From positions 47,802,001-47,866,000 of the forward strand of contig OX597829.1 in assembly GCA_951406725.2 (NCBI GenBank): DNA of 64,000 nucleotides, given 5' to 3'. The DNA is from Octopus vulgaris (taxonomy: Eukaryota). The translations under genes and the position numbers were made by a program. The notes beneath the pieces are model-generated. The model saw nothing but the letters and a program-made list of their open reading frames with translations, was not told the DNA's origin and did no database searches. This document shows positions 26,913 through 40,351 of the stretch, in pieces (positions within the stretch are counted from its first letter, which is position 1; the number at the start of each line of letters is the position of its first letter).

Positions 26913-27262
26913 CAGTGGTTCTCAGCCGGAATCCATATGGCCCTTGCAGCCCCACATAAGATTGTTGAGGATCTACGCCACAAAATAGTAAAATGAGGAT
27001 CCACAATAGTACTTTAAAGGCTTCTGAAAAGATTTTACTTTAGATGTACGTATTGGTATGCATTGCAAGAAACAGGTTTCTTTCTCTAGCATTTTACATA
27101 ATTCAACTTGCACAAGTTAATGTGTGAATTACAAAATTGGGATTTTGAAAGAAGTTTATATAAAACTAGATTTTTTAAACATAGAATTGCTATGGGGAGG
27201 GCCCATCAGAATACAATAGTAACCAAAGGAGTCCTTAGATAAAAAATGACTGAGCACTACTG
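26913..27262. mobile_element. hAT-type MITE
   Basis: Imperfect TIRs CAGTGGTTCTCAG / CTGAGCACTACTG. 8-bp TSD ATAGAGAA / ATACAGAA (7/8). Confidence 0.7.
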
Positions 27263-27336
27263 ATACAGAAGACAAAAAAATAAATTAACGAAGTGCATCA
27301 ATTAAAACAACGGAATTCACATATGCATCATTCAAC

Positions 27337-27925
27337 ATGATTGATGATGATGATGCCGATGGTGATGGTGATGATAATGAATATGGTGGTGGTGGTGGTG
27401 GTGGTGGTGATGATAACTACCACCATCACATAGATGTGGTGGTGGTGGTGGTGGTGGTGGTGGTGGTGGTGGCGGCAGTTGTGGAGGTGGTGGTTGTGCA
27501 GGCGTTGGTGGAGGTGGCGGCGGCGGCGGCGAAAGTGAGGAACGGCGTGGTGGTAGTGGTGGCGGTGGAGTAGTAATAAAAGTGGTAGTTGGTAGTGGTG
27601 ATGGTAAACATGGTCGCGGTGGTGGTAGTAGAGGTAACGGCTCCAGCAGTACCTGCAGCAGCGGTGATGGGGGGAGGCGGCGGCTACGGAGGCAGAGACA
27701 GAGGCGGAGGCAGAGGCGGTGATGGTATTGGTGATGAGGTGGACTGGTTGGAGATGGTGGTGAGGTTGAGTGACTGGAGGCGGCGGCGGTGGTGGTGGTG
27801 GTGGAGGGGTTGGAGGTGGTGGTGAGGTGGATGGACTGGAGGCGGTGGTGGTAGTGGTGATGGAGTAGCAATGATGATGATGGTGATGATGGTAACGCTG
27901 ATGACAATGGCGGTGACGGTGAAGG
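27337..27925. repeat. Degenerate (GGT)/(GGC)/(GAT) low-complexity tract
   Basis: Direct reading. Confidence 0.85.
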
Positions 27926-28159
27926 GGCGGCGCCTACGGCTGTAAAGTGGTCGCCGTATTATATAGTCTGTCTGTCGCTGTTTGCTGTTCAACTATTGTC
28001 AGTTCTGACCAGGAAATATCAATTACGGCAACAAAACGCACACATTCCAAAGTTTTCGGTGGATGGAGTATTCTAAAAACTACTCACAACAACAGCAATA
28101 ACAACAACAATGACCACGACGATGACTACAACAATGAGACAAGCAGCTGTATTGTAATA

Positions 28160-28962
<803 letters not shown>

Positions 28963-29291
28963 GTGGAAAGTATATACCTTGAAGGATAATTTAAATCTCA
29001 AACCATATTGGCAGTTGAGGGATGGTTTGCAAAACGTGAATAAATAACAGGTGAATGCGTTTAATCTCTAATAAAAGGTGAGTCCTAATAACAATTTCTA
29101 ACGCATTAGATGAGTGTAACAGGTTCAAAAACAATTATTTACTCATTTTCAGCATTGCCGCAGTGCTATAGAAAAGTTCACAAACGTGGCTGTGTAGTAA
29201 GATATTTGCTTCCCAACCACATTATTCCGGGTTCAGTCCCACTGCGTGACCCCTAGTGGATTTCGTAGCCGGAAACTGAAAGTAGCCCGTC

Positions 29292-29338
<47 letters not shown>

Positions 29339-29339
<1 letters not shown>

Positions 29340-29537
29340 TTTATTTAAAGCAGCTATCTATCTATTCAACAAAACCTGTTACTCTGAGTTTCACACGTTT
29401 CCGTTCGTCGGAAACGTGAAACTCAGAGTAACAGGTTTTGTTGAATTTTCTGCTGCTTTAAATAAAGCATATTACTCTACCACTGGTATTTGAGTACTCT
29501 TTTTCCACCTTGTTTCACACATTTATGTGTTTACTCC

Positions 29538-29540
<3 letters not shown>
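29339..29540 (+). mobile_element. PLE 3' end with fold-back in (TA)n (same family as 8627)
   Basis: Inverted arms meet inside the HHR (CCGACGA-ACG gaaa CGT..GAAA-CTCAGAG-TA). Confidence 0.75.
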
Positions 29541-29582
<42 letters not shown>

Positions 29583-29666
29583 TTCGAGACAAACCACTAT
29601 TTTGCAAAACAAACAAGGAAAGACTTAATCAATACATAAAAATTTTTAATATAAAGAAATAAACCG

Positions 29667-29709
29667 CCACTACAATCGTTTCATGTCTTTAATGACACTC
29701 GTCAGGTGG
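29667..29709 (-). ncRNA. Minimal type I hammerhead ribozyme
   Basis: CCAC-CTGACGA-GTGTC attaaa GACAT-GAAA-CGATTG-TA-GTGG, ~90 bp from (TA)n. Confidence 0.8.
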
Positions 29710-29907
29710 ATTTTCGATCTAAAATATCAATATATTAAAATATAAGTTTAAAATAACAAAATTATCAATGAAAAATATAAATATATATAATCTATATATA
29801 ATCTATATATAATCAATATATAATCTAAAATAAACCCTATAAACAATTGAATATAAAGAAACCTATTATTTTTCCCTGAAAATTTGGATTTATTCCCTAA
29901 TATTTAT

Positions 29908-30034
<127 letters not shown>

Positions 30035-30096
30035 TAGATATATATATATGTACATATATATGTGTATGTATGTATGTATGTATGTATGTTTGTATG

Positions 30097-30129
<33 letters not shown>

Positions 30130-30379
30130 GCATATATATATATAAAATACAATGTACATTTAAACACATTAAGAGGTATCCATCATAGGACTCCCTTACG
30201 CTAGAAGTAACAGCTAAAGTCCAAACCACTAATTAGGGATAAATTCTCGAAGGGAATGAAAAATAAAAACAGTTACCATCTATTTCCTGGACCATGGTTT
30301 CTGACTTTTTTTAGCAAATAAACTAATTTACCAGGCGAAGTCTTCGTCAACAGGTACGCCAAAATTAAACATATAAACA

Positions 30380-30530
30380 CGAGGCCAGTCCAGCATGTGC
30401 CGCTTGCTTATGCATTTTAATTTTTCAAAACCATATTGTTTCATATTATTATGGATAATGAATTCTGGAAAATTCGTTCGAAGAAATTGCTGGCATTTTT
30501 TTGCAGCCGACAAAAAACTGCGCTTGCGTA
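30380..30530 (-). mobile_element. Possible Tc1/mariner fragment
   Basis: AAKKCQQFLRTNFPEFI resembles the transposase region before WPPNSPD. Confidence 0.35.
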
Positions 30531-30547
30531 TGTATTATGTATATATT

Positions 30548-30915
30548 TCATTATTTAGTTTTATTTCAAGATTTCTGTCCAATTGAGAAAGAGCCGGTTT
30601 CTAACCTAGAGCCAAAGCTCTTTCTCTGTCTGTCTGTCTGTATGTATGTATGTATGTATGCACGTATGTATGTATGTATGTATGTATGTATGTATGTATG
30701 TATGTATGTATGTATGTGTGTGTATGTGTGTATGTATGTATGTATGTATGTATGTATGTATGTATGTATGTATGTATGCAAGCATGCATGCATGTATGTA
30801 TGTATGTATGTATTTATGCATGTATCTGTATGTATATATCATTAATTAGTTTTATTTCAAGATTTCTGGTTAATAGAGAAAGAGACATTTCTAACCTAGA
30901 GCTAAGGCCCTTTCT
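30548..30915 (-). mobile_element. Two LINE-type 3' tips in (TATG)n (30548-30625, 30839-30915)
   Basis: Reverse complement of the CTAGGTTAGAAA..CTTGAAATAAAA..AATGA tip seen at 50790-51110. Confidence 0.7.
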
Positions 30916-30986
30916 CCGTATGTATGTATGTCTGTATGTGTGTATGTATGTATGTATTTGTATGTATGTATGTATGCATGTATGTA

Positions 30987-31031
<45 letters not shown>

Positions 31032-31156
31032 ATGTATGAACTTATGTATGTATGATTGTATGTATGCATGCATGTATACATGCATATATGCACGCATGTA
31101 TGTATGTATTTTATGTATGTATGTATGTATGTATGTATGTATGTATGTATGTATGT

Positions 31157-31345
31157 ATGAGAATATTGACGATGAAGTCGACACACGTATCGCCAGTGGA
31201 AGTCCAGCTATCGGGCGGCAACATTAAACAGTGGAGGAGAGGAGATGCACCAAGCTGGCCACCAAGTTGAAAGTATAACCAAGCATTTGTACCGCTAACG
31301 TTTACTCTATGCCTGCGAGTCTCGAACGGTTTACGTATTTCACGC
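31157..31345 (+). mobile_element. Short decayed RTE LINE fragment
   Basis: NIDDEVDTRIAS..A.GR followed by TKLKV-like sequence. Confidence 0.5.
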
Positions 31346-31594
31346 CATAATATTATGATGACCTGCCGCACAGTATCCTCTACGAAATTCCACTCGCAAA
31401 TTGTTAGTCAACCTAAACATTTGTTTGATGACATTTGCCCAAGGCACCGCTTAGTCGGATAGTACCCGGAACTATGCGGTCATGAAACCATCTTCTTAAG
31501 AACATAACCAAGCCTACATGTAATACGTGTGTGATTGTGCCTGCACGTGTTTGTATGTGGGGGTGGATGTACGATTGTATATATAAATATATAT

Positions 31595-31661
<67 letters not shown>

Positions 31662-32200
31662 TGTGTACACTGTTAGAAGAGAGGGGAAGTGGTGTTCTTA
31701 AATATTCATGAAATTAATTCTAATCCTCATTGAGAAACATATACACACATGCATACATACATACATACATACTTACATATACACAAACATACAAATGATG
31801 AGTGAACGAACTTGCACTTATAGTAGGTGTGCATGTCATTTTAGTACACAGTTGTGTGTGTTACATTACATGTGTGTAAATGGTTGCGAGTGATGTGAGC
31901 TCATTACAAAGCTAAAAAATGTCATTCTGCCGGTATGGCGGCTGCTGATGTTTAGCGAAGTTGTGATTTCCCTTAAAAATAAAATTTGTTAAACCAATTA
32001 CAAAATTATTTCACGTCTTTCCAAGTTTATAAGTTGCTGTGACGTAAACAAAATTTATATTTCAAATACATTTAAATTTTCTGTTTCTTTGGCAGGATTA
32101 CGACAAGAATGGGAAGGACAGCGAGTTGTCAGTCAGCATTTAAGTATTCACGTTTTACACAACCATCCCTCAATTCTCCGTATGTCTACATAGGTAGGTA

Positions 32201-32587
32201 GTGGAGGCGCAATGGCCCAGTGGTTAGGGCAGCGGACTCGCGGTCATAGGATCGCGGTTTCGATTCCCAGACCGGGCGTTGTGAGTGTTTATTGAGCGAA
32301 AACACCTAAAGCTCCACGAGGCTCCGGCAGGGGATGGTGGTGATCCCTGCTGTACTCTTTCACCACAACTTTCTCTCACTCTTACTTCCTGTTTCTGTTG
32401 TACCTGTATTTCAAAGGGCCAGCCTTGTCACTCTCTGTGTCACGCTGAATATCCCCGAGAACTACGTTAAGGGTGCACGTGTCTATGGAGCGCTCAGCCA
32501 CTTACACGTTAATTTCACGAGCAGGCTGTTCCGTTGATTCGGATCAACCGGAACCCTCATCGTCGTAACCGACGGAGTGCTTCTCTC
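32201..32587 (+). mobile_element. tRNA-derived SINE family 3, full length
   Basis: A-box TGGCCCAGTGG and B-box-like GTTTCGATTCCC. Perfect 13-bp TSD ACATAGGTAGGTA. Confidence 0.93.
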
Positions 32588-32681
32588 ACATAGGTAGGTA
32601 GACAGAGAGATAGACAGACAGAGAGAGAGAGAGAGAGAAAGAGAGAGATGATGGATAGATAGATAGACAGACAGACAGACG

Positions 32682-32787
<106 letters not shown>

Positions 32788-33095
32788 CATACAAAGAGAC
32801 AGACAGACAGACAGAGATAAACAGATAGAGATGTATAGATGTATAAATATAGATGTAAAGGATTCTGGTAAGTACAGATCTACTCCAAGATTATCCCTTT
32901 GTATATATCTTTTTATTTTTTTATTATCATGGTTGTTGTACATGGCCCTTATTCGCTTCTGGAACATTCATCATCATTCTCACAATAGTAGCAGCAGCTG
33001 AAATAGTACCAGCTGCAGCAGCACCACCATCACCAGCTCCACAACCATTACTATTATCATCATGATTATTTCTTCACTTAAAAACAATATAATTG

Positions 33096-33417
33096 AAGGC
33101 GCATGGCTCAGTGGTTAGAGCATCAAGCTTACAATCATGAGATAGTGAGTTCGATTCCCAGACCGGGCTTTGTTATGTCCTTGAGCAAGACACTTCATTT
33201 CACGTTGCTCCAATTCACTTAGCTGTACAAATGAGTTGTGACGTCACTGGTGCTAAGCTGTATCAGCCTTTGCCTTTCCCTGGGATAACATCAGTGGCAC
33301 GGAGAGGGGAGGCTGGTATGCATGGGCGACTGCTGGTCTTCCATAAACAATCTTACCCGGACTTGTGTTTCAGAGGAGAACTTTCAAGGAGCAATCCCAT
33401 GACCATTCATGACCGAA
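33096..33417 (+). mobile_element. tRNA-derived SINE family 4
   Basis: TGGCTCAGTGG A-box, GAGTTCGATTCCC B-box, GTCCTTGAGCAAGACACT central motif. Confidence 0.85.
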
Positions 33418-34040
33418 TTGTAAATAATATAAATAATGTAAATAATGTATCATTTTTTTTGCTTTTGTTTTTGTTTTTGTTTTTTCATTCGTCCATATGC
33501 TGTTAGGGAAGGAATTTTCAATGTTTTCAGCTGAGTCTATCATCGGAAAGCCAAAAATTAAAAAAAAGACGTTTTTGCGTCCTTATTTCATAAACTGAAC
33601 TTTGGTGGAGTTTTTTCATTATGTTGCTCTAGAACAAAAAGCAGTGACCATTTCTTTCCTACGCTCTCCTCGCACGCTTCTCAAGCTTGAGGGAGGAGAA
33701 GTCCGGGGCTACTTTCTTGATACGAGCGGCATTTGTGTGTGTGTGCATGTATGTGCGTGTGTGTCAGTGTGTGTGTGCATGTGTGTGCGTGTGTGTCAGT
33801 GTGTGTGTGTGCATGTGTGTGCGTGTGTGTCAGTGTGTGTGTGTATGTTGTGTGTGTGTGTATGTTGTGTGTGTGTTGTGTGTATGTATGTGTGTTACAC
33901 AACTGGGTGACAAGATTGATATGATTCCATTTTATCTGTTCCTCATACGAAGGGATATGCGTGACTTGAATATTCTTGATCATAAGTTAGCTTACTCAAG
34001 ATTAAACTATGGCTAAACTATCGCAAATTATGTATATATA

Positions 34041-34086
<46 letters not shown>

Positions 34087-34088
<2 letters not shown>

Positions 34089-34261
34089 AGTTGTATACTG
34101 TCAACTTAATGTGAGAGTCCCTGAAGGGAATCACACTGCGTTGCTGCTTCCTAGGGCTAAATAGCAGTAGTGTGATTCCCTTCATGGGACTGTCACATAA
34201 AGCTGACAGTATACAACTACTCTATCGTACCACTACTGCATATATCTCTCTGAGATATTTA

Positions 34262-34270
<9 letters not shown>
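34087..34270 (+). mobile_element. Fold-back PLE-like 3' end with GGGCTAAA motif
   Basis: Inverted arms 34089-34137 / 34169-34217, between (GA)n and (TA)n. Confidence 0.6.
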
Positions 34271-34313
<43 letters not shown>

Positions 34314-34380
34314 TGCTCCGGCATGGCCAAAGTCAAATGACTGAAACAAATAAAAGAATAAAAGAATATATATATATATA

Positions 34381-34694
34381 TAGGCAATAATAATTCTCTA
34401 AAAGAGATATAGACAGTAACTGCTCGATAACATAAGGGACTAAAGCCATCTGAATATGGCTAGGGACAGGGCAGGGTGGTGGGGGTGTTACTGTTGCATT
34501 TAGCCCCAGGCGAACATCGACGTCACCAGAAAGGCTCGACACCGTCACGGTGCCCTTAACCTGCAAAGGGTTAAGGGCACCGTGACGGTGTCGAGCCTCT
34601 GGTGACGTCGATGTTCGCCTGGGGCTAAATGCAACAGTAACACCCCCACCACCCTGCCCTGTCCCTAGCCATATTCAGATGGCTTTAGTCCCTT

Positions 34695-34699
<5 letters not shown>
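34381..34699 (-). mobile_element. Young fold-back PLE-like 3' end with GGGGCTAAA motif
   Basis: ~131-bp arms 34429-34561 / 34569-34699, identical apart from a 2-nt indel, 7-nt spacer, within (TA)n. Confidence 0.7.
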
Positions 34700-34729
<30 letters not shown>

Positions 34730-34747
34730 GGTCACCCCACAGAGGAG

Positions 34748-35208
34748 ACCCCCTTCGGTCATTCATGACCATGGAATTGCACCTAGAAAGTTACCTTCTG
34801 AGACACAAGTCCTGGCAAAGTGGTTTATGAAAGGCCAGCAGTCGCCCGTGCATACCAGCCTCCCCTCTCCATGCCACTGATGTTACTCAAGGGAAAGGCA
34901 AAGGGGTTGATACAGCTTGGCACCAAGGCGGCGAGCTGGCAGAACCGTTAGCACGCCGGGCGAAATGTGTAGCCGTATTTCGTCTGCAGCTACGTTCTGA
35001 GTTCAAATTCCGCCGAGGTCGACTTTGCCTTTCATCCTTTCGGGGTCGATTAAATAAGTACCAGTTACGCACTGGGTCGATGTAATTGACTTAATCCCTT
35101 TGTCTGTCCTTGTTTGTCCCCTCTATGTTTAGCCCCTTGAGGGTAGTAAAGAAATAGATACAGCTTGGCACCAGTGATGTCGTAACTCATTTCTACAGCT
35201 GAGTGAAC
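34748..35208 (-). mobile_element. SINE family 4 interrupted by a family 1 SINE
   Basis: Reverse-complement similarity to 33096-33417. Confidence 0.8.
34926..35156 (+). mobile_element. SINE family 1, full length, nested
   Basis: Perfect 17-bp TSD GATACAGCTTGGCACCA. Confidence 0.93.
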
Positions 35209-35553
35209 TATAGTTTCCGGCTCGGAATTTCTGGAACCACCGTTGACATGGCTTACGCCTATTGCCTGATACCCATATACTGCATTAATATTTCTAGCAC
35301 TTTCCGTTGCCTTGTTGCCATTTATTGAACTCATAAAGCAAAATATGGCGAATATGCTCCTTTGTCACTTCCATTACAGCTTTTAAACAATAACCGTTAA
35401 AATCGAACTGCACTCTTTAATACTTGCACTAAGAATAAGGACAAAATAAAATTACTGCCTGCTTTTATAGCAAGTTGATACAGGTAGTTTATCCCGTACC
35501 CATCCGACTTTTAGCTTATGCAATTGAAAAAACAGCATTATTTATGGGACGAT
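35209..35553 (-). mobile_element. Mariner 5' fragment
   Basis: TIR-like GTCCCATAAATAATGC. MEVTKEHIRHILLYEF / GNKATESARNINAVYG / CQRWFQKFRAG (frameshifted HTH). Confidence 0.8.
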
Positions 35554-35557
35554 ACAG

Positions 35558-35783
35558 GCATATATGGGTACAGGACGTCACCAACGGTGCATATAACATG
35601 AAACACCTAAAAAGATGAGTTAAATACGTAAGCAACGAGAAAAAAAAAGGGAAAACAGAAGTAAACACAGAGATAGACCCTTCTTGTTTTCCATTTTCAA
35701 TTTCGTTGTTTGCGTCTTTAAACTCGTTTGTTTATTATTTCATGTTATTTGCACCGCTGGTGACATCCTGTACCCATATATGC
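35558..35783. mobile_element. Diverged fold-back of a repeat ending GACGTCCTGTACCCATA(TA)
   Basis: ~46-bp well-matched outer arms plus weaker inner arms. A single-arm copy lies at ~53216-53265. Confidence 0.6.
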
Positions 35784-35882
35784 ATGTATACATACATACA
35801 TACATACATACATACATACATACATACATACATACATACATACATACATACATACATACATACATACATACATGCATGCATG

Positions 35883-35974
<92 letters not shown>

Positions 35975-36319
35975 GGTATGTATATGTAGGTATGTATGTA
36001 TATATATATATATACATATATACATACATGTATATATCATATATTATTTATTATTTAATTGAACGCTTGAACGCGACGCATCCATTTTCAAGTCAGTATA
36101 TATAAACACAGAGAAAGACAGACGGAGGGAGAGACTGACAGACAGAAATGCACACATCCTCCTCTTGTCCTTTCTTGCTATTCCTCTCAGATTTTGGTTT
36201 ATAAACACTGTTTATTCCTTTATTGGTCCGGAATGAAATTGATGGTCCATAGAAACTCTATGCGCGTTAAAGAAATGTTTACAGACTGAAATAAGAATAA
36301 AGAGGATGAAAAATAGTCA

Positions 36320-36337
36320 CGTAGTAGTAGTAGTAGC

Positions 36338-36390
<53 letters not shown>

Positions 36391-36506
36391 GGGCGGCGGC
36401 GGTGGAGGTGGTGGTGGTGGTGGTGGCAGTAGTAGTAGTAGTAGTAGTGGTGGTGGTGGTGGTGGTGGTGGTGGTGGTTGTGGTAGTAGTAGTGGTGGTG
36501 CTGGTG

Positions 36507-36542
<36 letters not shown>

Positions 36543-36552
36543 GGGGGTGATG

Positions 36553-36584
<32 letters not shown>

Positions 36585-36600
36585 CGCGGTGGCGGCGGTA
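36320..36600. repeat. (GTA)/(GGT) microsatellite
   Basis: Direct reading. Confidence 0.95.
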
Positions 36601-36709
36601 GTGCTATCTTAGTCATCATTGCCAAGGCCATACTGGAGCAGACCTTTAAAGAAATAGGAACGAGAACAAGAACGAGTAACAAGAACAAGAAGAACAGCAA
36701 CACAAACAA

Positions 36710-36753
<44 letters not shown>

Positions 36754-36909
36754 GAGAGGGAGACGGAGAGAGAGGCACATAACACCAGCAGCAGCACCAG
36801 CGGCACCGGCGGCACCAGCGGCACCGGCAGCAGTTGTACCGTCAACACTAAATGTTTGCTAAAGAAACAGTTTATATGTACATATATTTACAATCTTGCC
36901 TGTCTTTTG

Positions 36910-37095
36910 TGTGTTCCGTCACATCTGAAACATCGCCGTAAATTCCAACCACTGAGTAACCATCCTGCTGATTGGCCGGCTATTCTGTCTGTCACCCCTG
37001 TCTTTCCGTCATCCCGCCATTTCGTCATTGACGTCGTTTTCGTCACCCCCGTCACCCTGTCACCCTGTCACTTGTTCAACCCGTCACCACGTCCT
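36910..37095. promoter_or_regulatory. Candidate promoter/enhancer island
   Basis: CTGATTGGCC (NF-Y, 36968), CCGCCATTT (YY1, 37014), TGACGTCG (CRE-like, 37029), many YGTCA motifs, CpG-rich. Confidence 0.35.
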
Positions 37096-37164
37096 TGCTT
37101 TGCTAAATCCAATCTGTACAGCTTTTCAGTCTAGCTTTTCTAGATTTTTTAATGTTCTCTCTCC

Positions 37165-37270
<106 letters not shown>

Positions 37271-37439
37271 ATCTACCTATCTATCTTTCTGTCTTCCTAT
37301 CTATCTCCCTCTCTCCCTCTCTCAAACCCTATCTATCTATCTATCTATCTGTCTTTCTGTGTCTCTCTCCTTCTCCTACTCTCTCACTATATATACTCTA
37401 TATATACTCTCTCTATACATATTATTTTTATTCCATTAT

Positions 37440-38036
37440 TCTTTTATTTGTTTCAGTCATTTGACAACAGCCATGCTGGAGCATCACCTTTGGTCGAACA
37501 AATATGATCCCAGGACTCAATCTTCGTAAGCCTAGTACTTATTCTATCGTTCTCTTTTGCCGAACTGCCAAGTTTTGTGGACGTAAGCACACCAGCACCG
37601 GTTGTCAAGCGATGGTGGAAGACAAACACAGACACACAAATATATACACACACACATATGTGTGAGTGTGTGCATGCTTGTGTGTACAAACATGTGTGTA
37701 TATACATACAGGTGGGAGAGCTCCGTCGGTTACGACGACGAGGATCCCAGCTGATACGAACAACGGAACAGTTTGCTCATGAAATAAACGTGCAAGTGGC
37801 TGAGCACTCCACAGATACGTGTACCCTTAACGTAGATCTCAGCAAGATTCAACGTGACATAGAGTATGACACAATACTGGCCCTTTGAAATACAGGTACT
37901 ACTCGTTTTTGCCAGCCGAGTGAACTGGAGTAACGTAAAATAAAGTGTCTTGTTCAAGGTGACAATGCGTCGCCGAGAATTGAACACATGACCTTACAAT
38001 CGTGAGCGGAATGCCATAACCACTAAGCCATGCGTC
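37440..38036 (-). mobile_element. SINE family 2 tail plus old family 3/4-like SINE
   Basis: Similarity to 53660 tail and to 11023-11408. Confidence 0.75.
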
Positions 38037-38564
38037 TTATATATATTTAGAATAATAAGGTAGTCAGAATGTTGGATGATTATATATATTTTTGTTTTAT
38101 TTACATCTTATTTACATAATAACGCTTTCTTCCGTTATTGGATTTATCAAAAATGGTTTAAATTTAGATTATATGTATAAAGAATTTTCTGGGGTTTGCC
38201 AAGCAAGGGAGAAGAAAGAAAATTTTTGCATATGTGTGTGAAGAGCAAGAGGTAAAGTGGCGTAGCTTTTGTATGGTCAGACTTGTTTAGTATTTAGTGG
38301 CCTTTTAAAGTGGGGAAGAAAAAAGTAGAGAAAAAGAAAAGAACTTTTGTATTTGAATTGGTCAATGTTTTATTTGAAAAAAAACAGATGTTTTTGACTG
38401 TTTTCAGTAAAAATTATAATTGCATATCCAGGTCCTGCAATTTTGCGTTCATTAAAGAATAGTAGTATGTAAAATATATGTACATCACTTCAAAAACTCT
38501 CTCTCTTTCTCTCTCTGTCTTTCTCTTTCTCTCTCTGTCTTCCGGTCTCTCTCTCTCCGGCATT

Positions 38565-39257
38565 GGGTTACGTCCCAGTAACGTAGAGGTTCAGCAACAG
38601 AAACCGATAGAATAAGTACCAAACTTAAAAGAAACCATAAGTAGTGGGGTTGATTTTTGTTTGACTAAACTCTTCAAAGCTGTACTCCATCATGGTCGCA
38701 GTCCAATGATTGAAACAAGTAAAGGGTTAAATTAATTGTTCATTCAGAGAGGTTCCTTCCTTGATTTCGCGAAATACTCCTTTTTATCATTTTTATAAAG
38801 TAAGAAAAGAATAAAGGATAAAGACCTTCTTCGGTCATGAATGACCATGGGATTGCACCTAGAAAGTTACCCTCCGAGGCACAAGTCCAGGCAAGGTTGT
38901 TTATGGAAGACCAGCAGTCACCCATGCATAACAGCCTCCCCACTCAACGCTATGTATAAGTACATAGAGTAAAGACCCCATTCGGTCATAAATGACCATG
39001 GGATTGCACCTAGACGACCAGCAGTCGCACATGCATGCCAGCCTCCCCTCTCCATGTCATTGATGTTATCCAAGGGAAAAGCAAAGGCTGATACAGCTTG
39101 GCACCAGTGACATTGCAACTCACTTCTACAGCTGAGTGAACTGGAGCAACGTGAAATAAAGTGTCTTGCTCAAGAACACAACACAGCGCGGCCAGGAAAT
39201 CGAACTCACAACACCAGCATTGTAAGCCCGATGCTGTAACCACTGAGTCATGCGCCC
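38565..39257. mobile_element. SINE family 2 tail (+) and two family 4 copies (-)
   Basis: TCGGTCAT.AATGACCATGGGATTGCACCTAGA occurs twice; tRNA head at ~39195-39257. Confidence 0.75.
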
Positions 39258-39370
39258 CCACTATATATAGAGAGATAGACAGACAGACACACACACACAT
39301 ACACACACACAAACACACACACACACACAAACACACACACAAACACACACACACACACAAACACACATAC

Positions 39371-39415
<45 letters not shown>

Positions 39416-40082
39416 CATACATACATACATACATACATACATACTTACGTATATACATAGATAAGGTAAATAGACAGATAGATAGATAGATACACACACA
39501 AGCATACACACACCACGCATGCATACACACACCACACACGCATACACACACCACACACGCATACACACACCACACATACAAACAGACCATCAGACACATA
39601 CATGCATACATACCTACTCACATTCATCCATACATAAAGCAATGCGGTTATGCGAGTTGAGTGTGTGTATGCGTGTGCGCGTTTGAGAATCTTTTGATTC
39701 AGCCAAAAAAGTAAAGAGGTTGGATAATGTCCGGTCTCTTTTTTTTTTGTTTACTTCTGTTTTTTTCTGGGGTTTTTTTTTGCTTTTTCTTTTTTTCATG
39801 GATGTTAAAACGTCAGCTCAGTGACGCAGAAGGTTGTTTCGGCAAAGAAACGGAGATTAATCCTATAATAAGACGAATGTGGTACGTTGGAACAGGCAAG
39901 GGGTTGGGGTAGTTTTTTCTTGGTGGAGGGGGAGAAGATGGGTATTAAATGAAAAGGTAGTCGAAACACCTGTAGAATATACATGAGTACACACACACTC
40001 ACACACTCACCACTCCCACACTCCCCCCACACACATATGTATATAAATACATATAAATAAATAAATAGATAAATAAATATAT

Positions 40083-40142
<60 letters not shown>

Positions 40143-40269
40143 GTAGTTAATCCAAACAAGAAAACAAAAAGACAACAACGCAAGGATGTGGAACAAATAA
40201 AGTATTATTGGACGCTCAGGAAAGAAGGGAAGAAGGAGGGTTTGACGTTTCGAGCGGAGCTCTTCGTCA
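40143..40269 (-). mobile_element. PLE 3' end truncated within its minimal HHR, in (TA)n
   Basis: (TA)n-TGACGA-A-GAGC tcc GCTC-GAAA-CG-TC-AAA at 40241-40269. Confidence 0.65.
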
Positions 40270-40351
40270 TATATATATGTGTGTGTGTGTGTGTATGTGT
40301 ATGTATGTATGCATGTATATATATAATATGCAAATATAAGTATACATACGT

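Noticed and set aside
32201-32275. tRNA gene
   Set aside because: tRNA-derived SINE head with body, tail and TSD; not a full cloverleaf gene.
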